DNA from: Camelus dromedarius
Lineage: Eukaryota
Direction: 5' to 3'
DNA length: 64,000 nt
Assembly (NCBI RefSeq): GCF_036321535.1
Contig: NC_087436.1
Span: forward strand, 4,960,001-5,024,000
The translations under genes and the position numbers were made by a program. The notes beneath the pieces were generated by a model. It had not been told where the DNA came from and did no database searches. It saw only the letters and a program-made list of their open reading frames with translations. Below, in pieces: positions 1 to 11,508 of the stretch. Each line of letters opens with the position of its first letter. Position 1 is the first letter of the stretch.

Positions 1-92
1 AGCGGGAGCCGATGTCTCGTCTGCCGCATTTTGTCTCGGGTGTTTCATGCAGTCAGTGCCATGACCTTAAATATCAACAAAAGTTTTCGCAG

Positions 93-134
93 GTTACGTG
101 TTTATCCTCAGCTTCCTTGAGGACCACACGCGCG
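93..134 (+). CDS. Candidate 42-nt internal exon of an unidentified gene ((G)YVFILSFLEDHTR)
   Basis: Acceptor ttttcgcag at 84-92; weak donor CG|gtacac at 135; joins in frame to the candidate exon at 1013. Protein not recognised. Confidence 0.2.
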
Positions 135-288
135 GTACACGGATTGCTCTTTTGCTTGCAGTTTTGGTTTTTGAGATTCTGACTGTGAAAGTGCTTGTTC
201 TGCCAGAACTGATCTGTTGGACACACGGAATGCAGCCCAGTCTCCTTGGGATCGTCACACAGTTTCAATTTTCAGATACAAGAAAGAA

Positions 289-425
289 GGGGAGGGTGGA
301 GCTCAGAGGTAGAGCGCGAACTTGGCATGCAGAGGCTGTGGGTTCGATCACCAGTACCTCCATTAAATTAAAATTAAATGAGTGAACCTAGTTAGCCCCC
401 CCCCCCCAAAAAAATAGAAAGAGAA
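289..425 (+). mobile_element. tRNA-derived SINE (camelid vic-1-like)
   Basis: GGGGAGGGTGGAGCTCAGAGGTAGAGC A-box head, GGTTCGATC B-box, AT-rich linker, C-run, A tail; homologous to four other copies in the window. Confidence 0.9.
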
Positions 426-475
426 ATGATTAACCAAGCCAATGTTTCTCTCAAATGTTCTTCTGTTCAGAGCAC

Positions 476-754
476 TAACTTTTTAAACATACCTTTAAAA
501 AATAAAGGAAGAGACTTAACATGCCTTTGAAAAATAAAGCAGGAAAGAAAAGAGAAAAAAAATCTTCTAAGAAATACACTCAAGTCTTACGGTAAAGCCT
601 CAAAATGAACAATGGAAGAGACCAAATGTCCTTAACTTTTTGAACGTATCTTTAAGAGGTCAAGAAAGAAAAGAGAACAAAAATCTTCCAAGAAATGTGC
701 TCAGGCCCTATGATAAAGTCTCAACACAAATGAGGGAAAAGATACAGTGTCCTT
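476..754. repeat. Diverged local tandem duplication, period about 121 bp
   Basis: 540-633 (caggaaagaaaagagaaaaaaaatcttctaagaaat...tgtcctt) aligns to 661-754 (caagaaagaaaagagaacaaaaatcttccaagaaat...tgtcctt); the taacttttt..aac.ta.cttta motif occurs at both 476 and 633. Confidence 0.8.
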
Positions 755-1012
755 TATTAATATTCTGTAATCTCAAAAACTGTCAAAATGCCTTGATTTT
801 GAAAGTTAAATATTTGCCTTCTCGTATTAAACTTGACCCTGCCCACTTTGCAGTGCCTAAAAGTCCAGGCTCCAGGGCTTGGAGTAATTCTTTTTCCCAT
901 GACTGTAACCTACTGTGCCTTTAAAGTGAAAGTTAAAATCATAGAACTAGTTGAATTAACCCCTTACATTTCATAACTTCACCTTTTCTTTTTTTTAACT
1001 TCTTACATCCAG

Positions 1013-1100
1013 AATTGTGCCCACAGATGTTTGCACTACAGAAAACACCCTACAGTCCACCAGCAACACCCCGATTATGAAGAGAATCATAAACGTGTAG
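1013..1100 (+). CDS. Candidate terminal coding exon of an unidentified gene
   Basis: Strong polypyrimidine tract and acceptor ccttttcttttttttaacttcttacatccag. Frames give ELCPQMFALQKTPYSPPATPRL* (stop 1078-1080) or IVPTDVCTTENTLQSTSNTPIMKRIINV* (stop 1098-1100). AATAAA at 1680-1685. Confidence 0.4.
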
Positions 1101-2647
1101 AGAACAGCAATGCTCAAAAACCTGGACCCTGTGTATCTCCTGCATTTATTTTGTAGAAGATCCACGTTCTTGTTATCACTAAATTCTATTGCCACTGTGT
1201 TTCCTTTTTGAATTACGTTATTGTTTTGGAGTAAGATATTCATTTTTTGATGAAAGTTACATTTAGAAAGAAATCATTAAAAACAGCCTAGTTCCTGTGA
1301 AGCAGTTTTGAGTCCTTTCCAGTGAGCTGAATACTGCCTCCTTAGTCAAGCTTAAGAAATCTGTTAAAGATGAATTTCTCTTGGGCAAAACTGTATGTAG
1401 AAATAGCTTTTATAAGTCATTCCTAATTAATCAAAAAAAATTTATGTCTTCCTGTTGGTTACCAAAACATACCCAGGACAGGAATTAAAGCTTGATTGGA
1501 AATGAGCCATTTTTTTCAGGCTTCAGAAAATTAAAAAATATATATATATATCTAGCTCAATGTCTCAAAACTCTGGGAATGATTTTGGTCTCAAAACTAT
1601 ATTTTATTTTAACCTGAGCCATTTGGCTAAATACCTTAGTTTTCAGCTCCCCATTAGTTATAGAACTCATAATGTCCAAAATAAAATTTTAAGCAATAAC
1701 ATGAATCTATACAAGATTATTCTTAAATACCACATAATCTGTTCAGGCAAAATAAGCAAGAATATAAAAATTTATATTTTTGAGAATGGCCCAGGCATAT
1801 TGGACAAATCGTCTCTGGACAGAGGTAGGAATTTCAAGAGAACTAAGTCTCAACCTTTGAAATATTTCTTCTGCTCAAATTAATATATTCATTTATTGAT
1901 TTATTGTTAAAAATGAACAAAACCAGTATTTGTAGAATGCTTTGCCTCAAGGAAGACTCAATTTTGACACTGCCATGAAAATTCGAGAAAGAAAAGTTAA
2001 AAACTGAAATATCACCAAACTCTTTGCAAAAACTCTTTGACTAGTGAGGTGGATGTCGTAACCAACATTTAAGCAAAATATTGATCAATTGTCTCTGTGG
2101 TCATTACTGGTGATTTTGTTTTTACTTTACTAACAATCTATACATTCTTTTTTTCCCATAAAACATTTGATGTTCACAGTAATATGAGTAAGCTGGGCTT
2201 CTACCTCAATCCTTTGAAACCTGTCTTCTCCTTTTACTTTATTTCTAATAAGAAAATTCCTTGTCTGTATAGGTTTTCCAGTTATCTTCTACTTTTCCAC
2301 GTTCTGCATCCACGTGAGGTCGATGTGCAGAGTTTGTGTCTTTGAACGCCTATAGAAAGTGACGTAGCACCTGCGAAGTCACTGTGTACGCCCTGCCAGG
2401 CATGTCCGAATACTGGTTTTGTTCACTTTCAACAACGACCACACTGTTAGAAGTGGGTGTGTTATTGTCATATGAGGATGATTGACTTCCCACTAGAAGA
2501 ACACATGTCTTGTTTGTCCAGTTGAGCTGATGAGTTTGCAAGTGTGCATGTACTCTGTGTCTTGTCTCTCCTGAGGACCTGTGGCACATGTGTAAGAGTT
2601 AAGCATGGAGTTAGGAGTGAAATACACAGCAATGGCCAGGAGTCAAC

Positions 2648-2733
2648 CTAACCAGCCCACACAGAGAACACACTTTGATCTGGACCTCATTAGCACCACA
2701 CACAGAGCAAGAGAGTTAACCAATCACAGACTG
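2648..2733 (-). mobile_element. Ancient tRNA-headed SINE fragment (MamSINE1-like)
   Basis: Reverse complement tggttaactc...gtggtgctaatgaggtccagatc...tgtgtgggctggttag resembles the tRNA-like MamSINE1 head as recalled. Confidence 0.55.
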
Positions 2734-3629
2734 TTTGGGCCCTGACCACATTAGTTAGCTAGTTTTTTAAGTTTCTCTTAGCTTAGCATCATACACGGGT
2801 AAGTAATTAGTAAATGCTGTCCTATCACAAAGTGTCTAAATGCCATGGTTATTACTAAATATTTGTGATTTTTGTTGTTCCCAAACTTGTATATTTCAAA
2901 TTTTCCATCTGTTAATCATCATGAAATTATTTTAAATATTTAAATATAAGTATTTTCATGGCTGGGAAATTCGTGGATACAAACAGATTTAAAAAGCTTA
3001 CTACGAGTTTTATGGAAAAAAGTAAGAATAAATGACCAATTACCATGGAAAATTGACAAAACAACACCCCTCGTGTTATACCGTTTCCCACTGAAAGTAA
3101 CCTATTTTCAGGACGTGAGTAGTCCCAGAGCAATCCGCCAATATCGCCAGGTAAATCGTCTCATTCTGTGATGAGGAAAGCTAATACCATGCAGCAGGGC
3201 AGACAGTTCACCTTGGGAAGAAGCTGACTTTATGTATGTATGTATGTGTGGATTTATTTTTAGCAAAATAATTAGAATATTCATGAGGTGAGAAATGAGA
3301 AGTCTAAGAGGAATACAGTTCAAAACTTTTAATAAATATGCAAGGGTTCCTGGAACGGAGAGGGGACCTAGCCACTTGGCAAGATGACAGAGCAATGCGA
3401 AAATGGTCAGAGGACTTTTAACAGCAGGACAGTCTAATGTTAAACTTTAAAGAAATTGTTTCTGGTGTGATAGTGTGAGCTCTGATACCATGATCTTAAA
3501 CTCTGGCAGACTGTTTTACAGAGATCCCCTGTGGAGGTTACGTGTGTGGGAGCATCAGTGATGGTGATGGCAATGATGGTATTTGTGTCAATGAGTCATT
3601 ACAATGTGATCAGGTTAAATAATAAGAGT

Positions 3630-3760
3630 AACACCTACTGTTGTTGAGTGTCGGGCATTGTTTTGAATGCATTAAATCATTCAGTTCTCAGCCGTTGAGA
3701 CGGTAGATTATTACATCCATTTTACAGATGAAGAAACTGACACACAAAAAGGTTAAATTA
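3630..3760 (-). mobile_element. MIR SINE fragment
   Basis: MIR core ccattttacagatgaagaaactgacacac...ggttaa. Confidence 0.75.
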
Positions 3761-4289
3761 CATGTCTTTGTTCTGTTTTGTTTTTCCAAGTATCATTTTT
3801 TTTTTAATGTGGAAAATTCACCATCCTGGTCCTCTATAGAGAGCAAAGGTTTACTCCCCATAGGTTTAGGAACTAAAAGGCAACTGAGGTTTAGCACATG
3901 AAGGGGTCCAGCCAGGATGCTGAATCCCCAGCAAGCAGCGCAGACACGGGGCTGCTCAGAACCCCTCGTGGCTACACGTTTGCGGGAACGTCTATTAACC
4001 AGCGGCTCTAATTTCTGTCACATCACTGCCTGCCTTGGTGCCTGAATCTCAAGGGTGTAGAGATACATAGGCTCTGTAAATTGATAGCTATGGGATAAAC
4101 ACATTTTCCGCTTTGGTTATTTAACTCATACAGCTTTGGTAGAAAGAAATGAAAAGCAACAAGGGAGTGCAGAAAAGAGCAATTGTGCAGAAGCAGAAAG
4201 TCAGGGCTGGCTCCTGAACGGGAAGGCTCTGGGAACTCATGGGTATTTCAGGAGGACCAGAGCTGAAGCACCACCTGGGACGACCTAAG

Positions 4290-4396
4290 GCGGCGTGGCC
4301 CTGATGGTGGTTCATGGCCATGGCCACCATGATTGGCTGCATCACACTGTGATATTTCAGCATCACGCCACTTGTTGAACATTTTAAATATCGCTG
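4290..4396 (-). mobile_element. Possible hAT-type MER fragment (MER115-like)
   Basis: Ends in ttgttgaacattttaaatatcgctgctg, resembling the recalled terminal motif of that family. Confidence 0.3.
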
Positions 4397-7139
4397 CTGA
4401 GTAAGCCATTAGATTCTCCGGCAGGTGGATAGAATGGTGGCAAAGCGTCTCTAACCGATACAATGATTCCTTGCGTAAGGCCAGAAACTGGGCTCATTCT
4501 ATAAGAGGCTTTCATCTCAGAAGGAATCAATCAACAGCATCTGTATTTAAAATGAAAATCGTGAAGCAGCACGGATGAGCCTGGCCCCTGGGAGTGACTG
4601 TCAGTAACCACAATTCATGTCTTCACATCTCTAACTCGGTAAGGGTATGTTTCAATCTACCAGACCTTCTCTTAAGAGCTTTGTACCTTGTTCTGTTATT
4701 GTCTGTAGTGTATTTTGTGTGAATTGGACAGAAGGGGCAGGATGCATTTGGGGAATAGTCAGTAACTATCTTCTATCACCCTACCCGAATCCTTGGAAAG
4801 GTGAATGTCCTTGAATTGTTAAAACAACCACAATTAACTATTGGTAGCAGCAGGGAGACTGCAGGGAGGAGGTGTCAGATTAGGTGAAACTGATGGGTCC
4901 TCAGTCTACTCCCTGTGGGTGAGTAAAGAGGATGCTTCCGGGTGGAACCAGTCCCTAAGACTAGAGCAAACTGTGCTTGTGTTCCCTCAGCTCCCAGCTC
5001 GGGAGTTCCTTGAGGACCTGTTTCTCCTGGGCGCAATTATGTGACTGACAGCAGAAAATTGTGTGGTTTTTGCCATAGATTTGTCGGCAAACCTTGTGTT
5101 CTTAGCACCTCAAACACTTCTGCAAAAAGAAAGTGTGTTGTGTCATCTAGAGCTGTTTTTGTGTGTGGAGATCTTTTAATACCCCTTTCAAAATCTGCCT
5201 CCTCCTTCCAGGATAACTTGGAGACCGTTTTATGGGACTGAAACACTGTTGTTTTTCTTTTTCATCTTGAGCTGGATGTTTGTTCTCTGATGATACTTCC
5301 TGGCTCTCAAAGCCTAAGAAAATCACAGGGAATAAAACAGAGCTCTCTTCCTTTGATGTCTGTCTAAGAGCATGGAAAGCCCATCAGTTCTTTCACCTAA
5401 AATTCATTTAAGTTAGTCCCTTGACTGCTAAGAGATGACAATTAAAGCACCCAGGCTCTAAAATGGAACCAAAAGATATAATAAAGAAAACCAAAAGAAG
5501 CATTCTGAGAAATACTTTTGAAGATTTCACCATTTTTACAAATGTAAGATTAAGTTTGTGTCTCAAAAAAAATAGTGTGATAAAGAACAGATATAATTTT
5601 TTTTTTTGATAAGTCAGGCCAAAATACTTTAGCCTGCAGTATATTTTAAGTTTTCTTAAACTTAGTGGATGATTCCTGATTATAGTTTTAATTCTGTGTT
5701 ATAAAGTTAGGCATATTATAATTCTGAACTTGCTTCACGGTATAAATTCCACTTCTTTTGTAAAACAAAGCATTCTTAATTTTCCCATTTAGAGTATTTT
5801 AAATTAAATAATAATCAAAATTATCTGATCCTAGTGCATGCTTGTCTGGTTGAAGAGAGATTATACAGCACGAAATGACAGAAATAAAGTGTGCAAATTA
5901 CACCACCCCCATACGCCCCGCCCCTCCTCTTTCTCCTGCAATGAGCAATTTTCCTTATGGGTAAAAATCATATTTGCAGAATATTATTAATAGCAATCTG
6001 TTACTCTCTTGATCATTGAGTATTTGAGTTAAGTTCGATGTTTCCTTTGAAACATAATAGAGAAATTATATTGAATTTGCAAACTTTGGAGAAATGTGTT
6101 CATCTGTTGGGTGGAATTATAAAATGATGTTCTCTGGTAGCCTCCCCACCGCTGCAGTCTACTTTTATGCTTTCTGTACCTCAGATTCTAGAATCTTTGA
6201 ATAGGAAAGCTCTCTTTCAATCCAAATAGCTATCACAAAGAACAAGTGAAAAACAATGGATGTGAAATTTTGGCTAAGATAGATTCCCCAGGAATAGTGT
6301 TCTGTTTAATTAATTACTATTCCTTAGATTATGAAAATGCAGATGTTACTGATCACAAGTGAATTTTAATAGTCATATTAAACAATATATACATCTTTGT
6401 GCATATTTTTCTTGCCATCCTTGCTGAATACCTTGGGAGTACTCGAGCACCTAAATCGATGGCTCTCAAACGGTGATTCCTAAGCCCCCACCTGAAACAC
6501 ACAGGCTTCCTAGTGTATTAATATACGTGGTTGCAGTCAGGCTCCTGATACCGCGTCTGAGCCGAGGTCTGGAGCTCCACTCTGGCTCTACACGATGTGG
6601 TAAATGCACCATGTGTATTTTTAGAAAACTCCCTCAAAACTCGGAAAATGAGTAAAGCTTGTGAATGCTCATCCTTTGATCTTAATCCATTTAACAACTC
6701 TTTTTTTAAAAGCCCTTTTTACTTAATAACAACCCGACGTGGAGCGTTAAATGTGCCTTTATAGTAATGCCTACTGTGGGGGGCTTACTATAGTCTTCCA
6801 AATTTTTATTTTGCTACACATACGTATATGACTCCACATTTTTGTTAATAATTGCATGAAAACATTTATCTAAACTAAAAATATTTTGATATTAATTTTG
6901 AAAGAATAGGTGCTATAAAATATGCAGCATTATAAGGGAAAATGCTCCATCAGTATAATTACAATTAATGCATAAGCATACTTATAATAATCTTGGTTGT
7001 TTTGGGCTTTGAAAAATCAAGAAAATGTGAAAGTTTTTTTGCTGCTGTTGTTTGTTGTTGTTTATAAGTTATTGATGAATGGAGTAAATCTTTCATAAAG
7101 TAGAATGTTCCTGCTTTAACTTGAATAAAGCACATGACA

Positions 7140-8440
7140 TAGAGGTTCCAACTGCAGCTACGATGGAGTGGGCATATGCCACTGTATCTTTCCTACTGAT
7201 TTCAGCTAAAAGCCCTGAGGAGCAGAACTCATAAAGCCACCATCACAAGACACTGAGAAGCAAATTAGAACAGAACTACTCATAAGAAAACCGAAACTCA
7301 AAGAATGAGAATCAGATTCTCAATAAAAAACAATCAAAATGCTGACCAAGAATTTTAAAATCTATTTTTTTCAGAGTGCTGGATATTAACCAAGTTTTTT
7401 TTGAAATACAGTTAATTACAATGTGTCAGTTTCTGGTGTTCAGCACAATGTCCCAGTCATGCATATACATACATAGATTTGTTTTCATATTTTTTCCATT
7501 AAAGGTTATTACAAGATATTGAACATAGTTCCCTGTGCTATACAGAAGAAACTTAAAAAAAAATCTATTATTATATATAGTGGTTAACATTTGCAAATCT
7601 CAAACTCCCAAATTTACCCCCTCCTACCCCCTTTCCCCAGTAACTATAAGATTGTTTACTAAGTCTGTGAGTCTGTTTTTTAAACAAGTTTTGAAAGAAA
7701 AATGCAAATCAGAGGATCACCTACTGCAGACAAACAACTGAAGCTCAGGACGAACAGCAGAAGTGGTAGCTTTCTCACTGGCTTTTTCCATCCTTCTCTC
7801 CCCAGCTTCACAGCAGCCTTGAGATACAGTGGTCACATCACCATGGTAACTGTTGACATCAGCAGCTTTGCCTCCACTAGAGGTGGGATAATGGGGCTGA
7901 CTCCCCCAAATCCCCTCCCCACTGCAGATCCCTGGAAAAGTCTTGTCTGAGGGGCTTTGTCATGGTTCCACCTGACTTGGAGCTTGCTGAACAGGAAAAG
8001 CCCTATACTTAGGATTTTTCTAAAAAAAATCAGCAGCAATTACTTCATGTAGCATCTGACTGAGGTTTAGAGACAAGCTGGGGCAAACAAGAGTCTGGCC
8101 AAAAATGTGGAAAGAAGACCTGGGAATGAGACATCCATAAAGATGTCTCATTTGAAAGCTCTGATATGTCCCTGGAAACATAGAAAGTCACATGCATATG
8201 CAGGGCTGTGGGCATGCCCAGAAATGCCTAGGAGGGCTGCAAGCTCACCTCTGGGTGACCTGGAGGCCCTGCACAAGTAGGAAGCCAAGGCTAAGGCAGA
8301 GCTGTGAGCAACCTGAGCACTGGGATGCGTGCCCAACACACGTACACACAGGCCCTCAGCAAAGACTGAAAGACTTATTGTCTCAAGGCATTTAAGGAAA
8401 TTCTCTGTGCACTAATTAACTGACCAGAGTAAACTGTGTA
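7140..8440 (+). mobile_element. Old L1M-type 5'-region fragment, interrupted by a younger L1 piece
   Basis: Begins gaggttccaactgcagctacgatggagt and has L1M 5'UTR-like composition; continuous across the TSD-flanked insert at 7399-7680. Confidence 0.4.
7399..7680 (-). mobile_element. 5'-truncated L1 3'UTR (lineage-specific)
   Basis: T-run then ttgaaatacagttaattacaatgtgtcagtttctggtg...ccctgtgctatacag; TSD taaccaagtttt / taaacaagtttt. Confidence 0.85.
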
Positions 8441-8444
8441 GAGA

Positions 8445-9472
8445 TTTCAGAGTCTGCTGATTCTATATGTTTACCCTGTGGGTAATCATCTCTAAAATTG
8501 GACTCATCCAGTGGGAGGATAGGTATTATAAAATGTTGTCTAACTTTAGTCATGGTGCTCAGTGACACTACCTTGGCCCCCAAAGGCCTGTAGATCAGTC
8601 TTCATTCACTGGTCTGGGTTGCTATGAGAAAATCGTCTGAGACTTCTGCCTTACGGTTCTAGGTGGAGGCCACGCAATCACCAGTTCATCTTGCTGTACC
8701 TGAAGTAATGCCTCAGGCGAAGGAAAAGGTGCTCACAGCAACTGAGGGAGCAGGCCTGATGGTTTGTTGGGTTGTTTGGGTCCATGACCTTGGAGGTCAC
8801 CATGACAGGTGGGCCTTATTCTGCTATTTGGAGTCCTGTTGGAGTGCAGGACCTAATTTAATGCTGTGCAGGAAAAATTGAACAAATTTGGCCCCAGACA
8901 CTGTGGGTACAATTAATTAGAGTGGCAGACAGAAGTGTATTCATGGAAAAATTCAGCAGAAACCAAGAAACTTTGGAAACTATGGATGAACTTGGTCTTG
9001 AGATGATTCGTGGTGGGTCTCTCATGTTCCTGTGTGTCTCACAAGGAAAAAGAGTGGTTACCTTTGTCCCAGACTTACTTTTCAAGGATGTTTTTATAAC
9101 AAATAGAGCCTTACAAGATGGAGCTAGTATTTCCCTCTGGAGCAAATGGAAGGTTTTTATACTGTCCAGTGTCACAAAGATAATATCTCCATCTAAGGCC
9201 CTGTTCCGCCAGGGTTCCTGCAAATCTGGGCTCCTCAGCTAAGATGCAAGCTTGTTACATCTGTGTCCCCTGCCAGGGCCACTCTCCATCACTCCTTTGA
9301 GGGAGGGGGACCCAATATAATATTTTTCTCATGGGACTTGCTGGGCATGAGTAATAAAATCCTTTGTATCAAACTCAGAAACCTCCTGTCTTCTCTTAGT
9401 ATCCAGGAAATACAACAAATACATTTTTGATTTGTAAATAAGATGAAGTCTGACTTTTAAAAGTTTTTGGCA
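8445..9472 (+). mobile_element. ERVL-class LTR (LTR40-like, 8993-9472) with probable upstream internal sequence
   Basis: Motifs gggtctctcatgttcctg, ttttcaaggatgttt, ccctctggagcaaa and gagtaataaaatcctttg, with TG...CA ends. The internal assignment of 8445-8992 is weaker. Confidence 0.7.
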
Positions 9473-9916
9473 AACCCAGGAAAATTAGTAAATTATTTTG
9501 AGCAAATATTTAGCAAGTTTTTGAGAACAATATGCATTCATAGCATCCAAATTGAACTCACCTAAATGAAACAAAAAAAGAAACCAAAGCATCTTTACAT
9601 CTGCTAATAGAAAAATATCTGTGGCAGAAGTTACCTGCAACCCAAAATAAGGTGTTTGGGTTCTTATGGCACCTAATCTTCCAATAATAAATATTAAACT
9701 ACATTTTCAACAAAAAGTATAAATATTATTTATCTAGTCTAAACATTAACATAAAATATACTATTACTTTATGAAAATAAACTTTCATCTAAAATTACAA
9801 AATAAATATACAAAAGAAATTACTAAATGGGTAAAATGTACAAAGTAATCTTTACATAATGTAAAAATCAGTCTAATTCTCTTTGACAAAAGCAGTTTAC
9901 AAAAACCTTACTTTTC

Positions 9917-10786
9917 TTCCTTTTAAAAAGACTTTAGAGCAGTTTGGTTTAGTGCAAAACTGAGAGGAAGTTAGAGGGCCCATATACACCCCTGCCCTCA
10001 CACGTGCAGAATCTCTGTCATTATATACATCCCCCAGGGTGGTACCTTTGTTACAAGTGATGACCTACGTGGACACACAGTCCCCCAGAGTCCACAGTTC
10101 GCATCAGACTTCACTTTTGCTGTAGCACACGCTATAGGCTTGGATAAGCACATAATGAATGATACGTATCCATAATTATAGTATCAAAAAGAATAATTTC
10201 ATTGGCCTAAACATTTGTACTCCACCCATTTAGCCCCTGCTCTGCCCTCAACCCCTGGCAACCACTAATCTTTTTACTGTCTCCATAATTTTGCCTTTTA
10301 CAGAATGTCATCCAGTTGGAATTATACAGTTTGTAGCCTTTTAAATATTGGCTTCTTTCACTTGGTAATACGTATTTAAGTTTCATCTATGTTTTTAAAT
10401 GGTTTGATAGCTCATTTCTTTTTAGTGATGAATTATATGTTATTGTCTAGACGTACTACAGTTTATCCATTCACCTACTGCACGGCATCTTGGTTTCTTT
10501 CAAGTTTTGGCAGTTACGAATAAAGCTGCCATAAACACCCATGTGCAAGTTTTTGTGTGGACATATAATTTTCAACTTTTTCAGTAGACACCAAAGAGTA
10601 AATTGCTGGATCATATGGTAAGAGTGTGTTTAGTTTTATAAGAAACTGTCCAACTGTCTTCCACAGTGGCTGCACCATGTTGCATTCCCACCAGCGATGA
10701 GTGAGGGTTCTCCTTGGTCCACAACCTCACCAGCATCCAGTGTAGTCAGTGCTCTGGATTTCAGTTACTCTAGTAGGTGTGTGGTA
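9917..10786 (-). mobile_element. L1MC-type 3' fragment
   Basis: ORF2-end motifs (ccacagtggctgcaccatgttgcattcccaccagc) plus L1MC-like 3'UTR (cccctggcaaccactaatctttttactgtctccata). Confidence 0.85.
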
Positions 10787-11064
10787 ACACAAAGCATTAC
10801 TTTTTAAAAACCTCAGAGCTGTCTATTCTCAATTTCATTTGCCAGCAAGGAATTAGAATGACTGTGTCCTCACACCCTCCTAACTAGTTTCTATTTTATA
10901 TTTTCCATTTTAATTGATAAAATAACAGTCCTAATTTTACAGCTTACTACTGTGGAATTTTAAAAAGTGCACCAGACAAAATGTAACTGTATAACCACAG
11001 CCACGGTCAACATGTGAGATATTGCCAGCACCTGAGAACCTTTCTACTACTCTGTCCCATTCTC

Positions 11065-11385
11065 TTTTTTCCCCCCTTTTTCAGTTTTATTAAGTAGAAT
11101 TATTACAGTTTGCACATATACATTGCATTGCATGTAAATACATATATACAATATACTGCACATTTTTTTAGTTTACATGTATGTACTGATCATTGCTTCT
11201 AAGTACAGTTTAGAGCTTTAGCTTTTTAAACTTACATAGTTATCAAAGGAATAAAGCCAACTACAAAATAAGAATCAACAGAGTGTGGTGATCTGATCAT
11301 AAAGGACAGTCAGATATGCTTATACACATATTCAAGAAATCAGTCATCTAAGTTATAAATAATAAGTAGTTCATTTGTGTCCTTT
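11065..11385 (-). pseudogene. Probable retrocopied mRNA 3'UTR fragment (parent gene not identified)
   Basis: Non-repeat-like AU-rich 320-bp segment interrupting an old L1ME-like fragment; minus-strand AATAAA (11086-11091) about 15-20 nt from an A-run; ttttttcccc on both flanks. Confidence 0.45.
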
Positions 11386-11508
11386 TTTTTTTTGGTTTTT
11401 TCCCCTCAAATAGTCATTTCCTTACTTTTCTTTATACTTTGATCAACTATTTATCTATAAACATTAACATTTCCTAGTCTTTTTAAATTATTATATAAAT
11501 GAAATCTT

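Noticed and set aside
995..1243. 82-aa minus-strand ORF with a hydrophobic stretch
   Set aside because: Antisense to the better-supported + exon candidate; no recognisable homology.
8922..9242. 106-aa ORF
   Set aside because: Lies largely within an LTR and has a non-ATG start.
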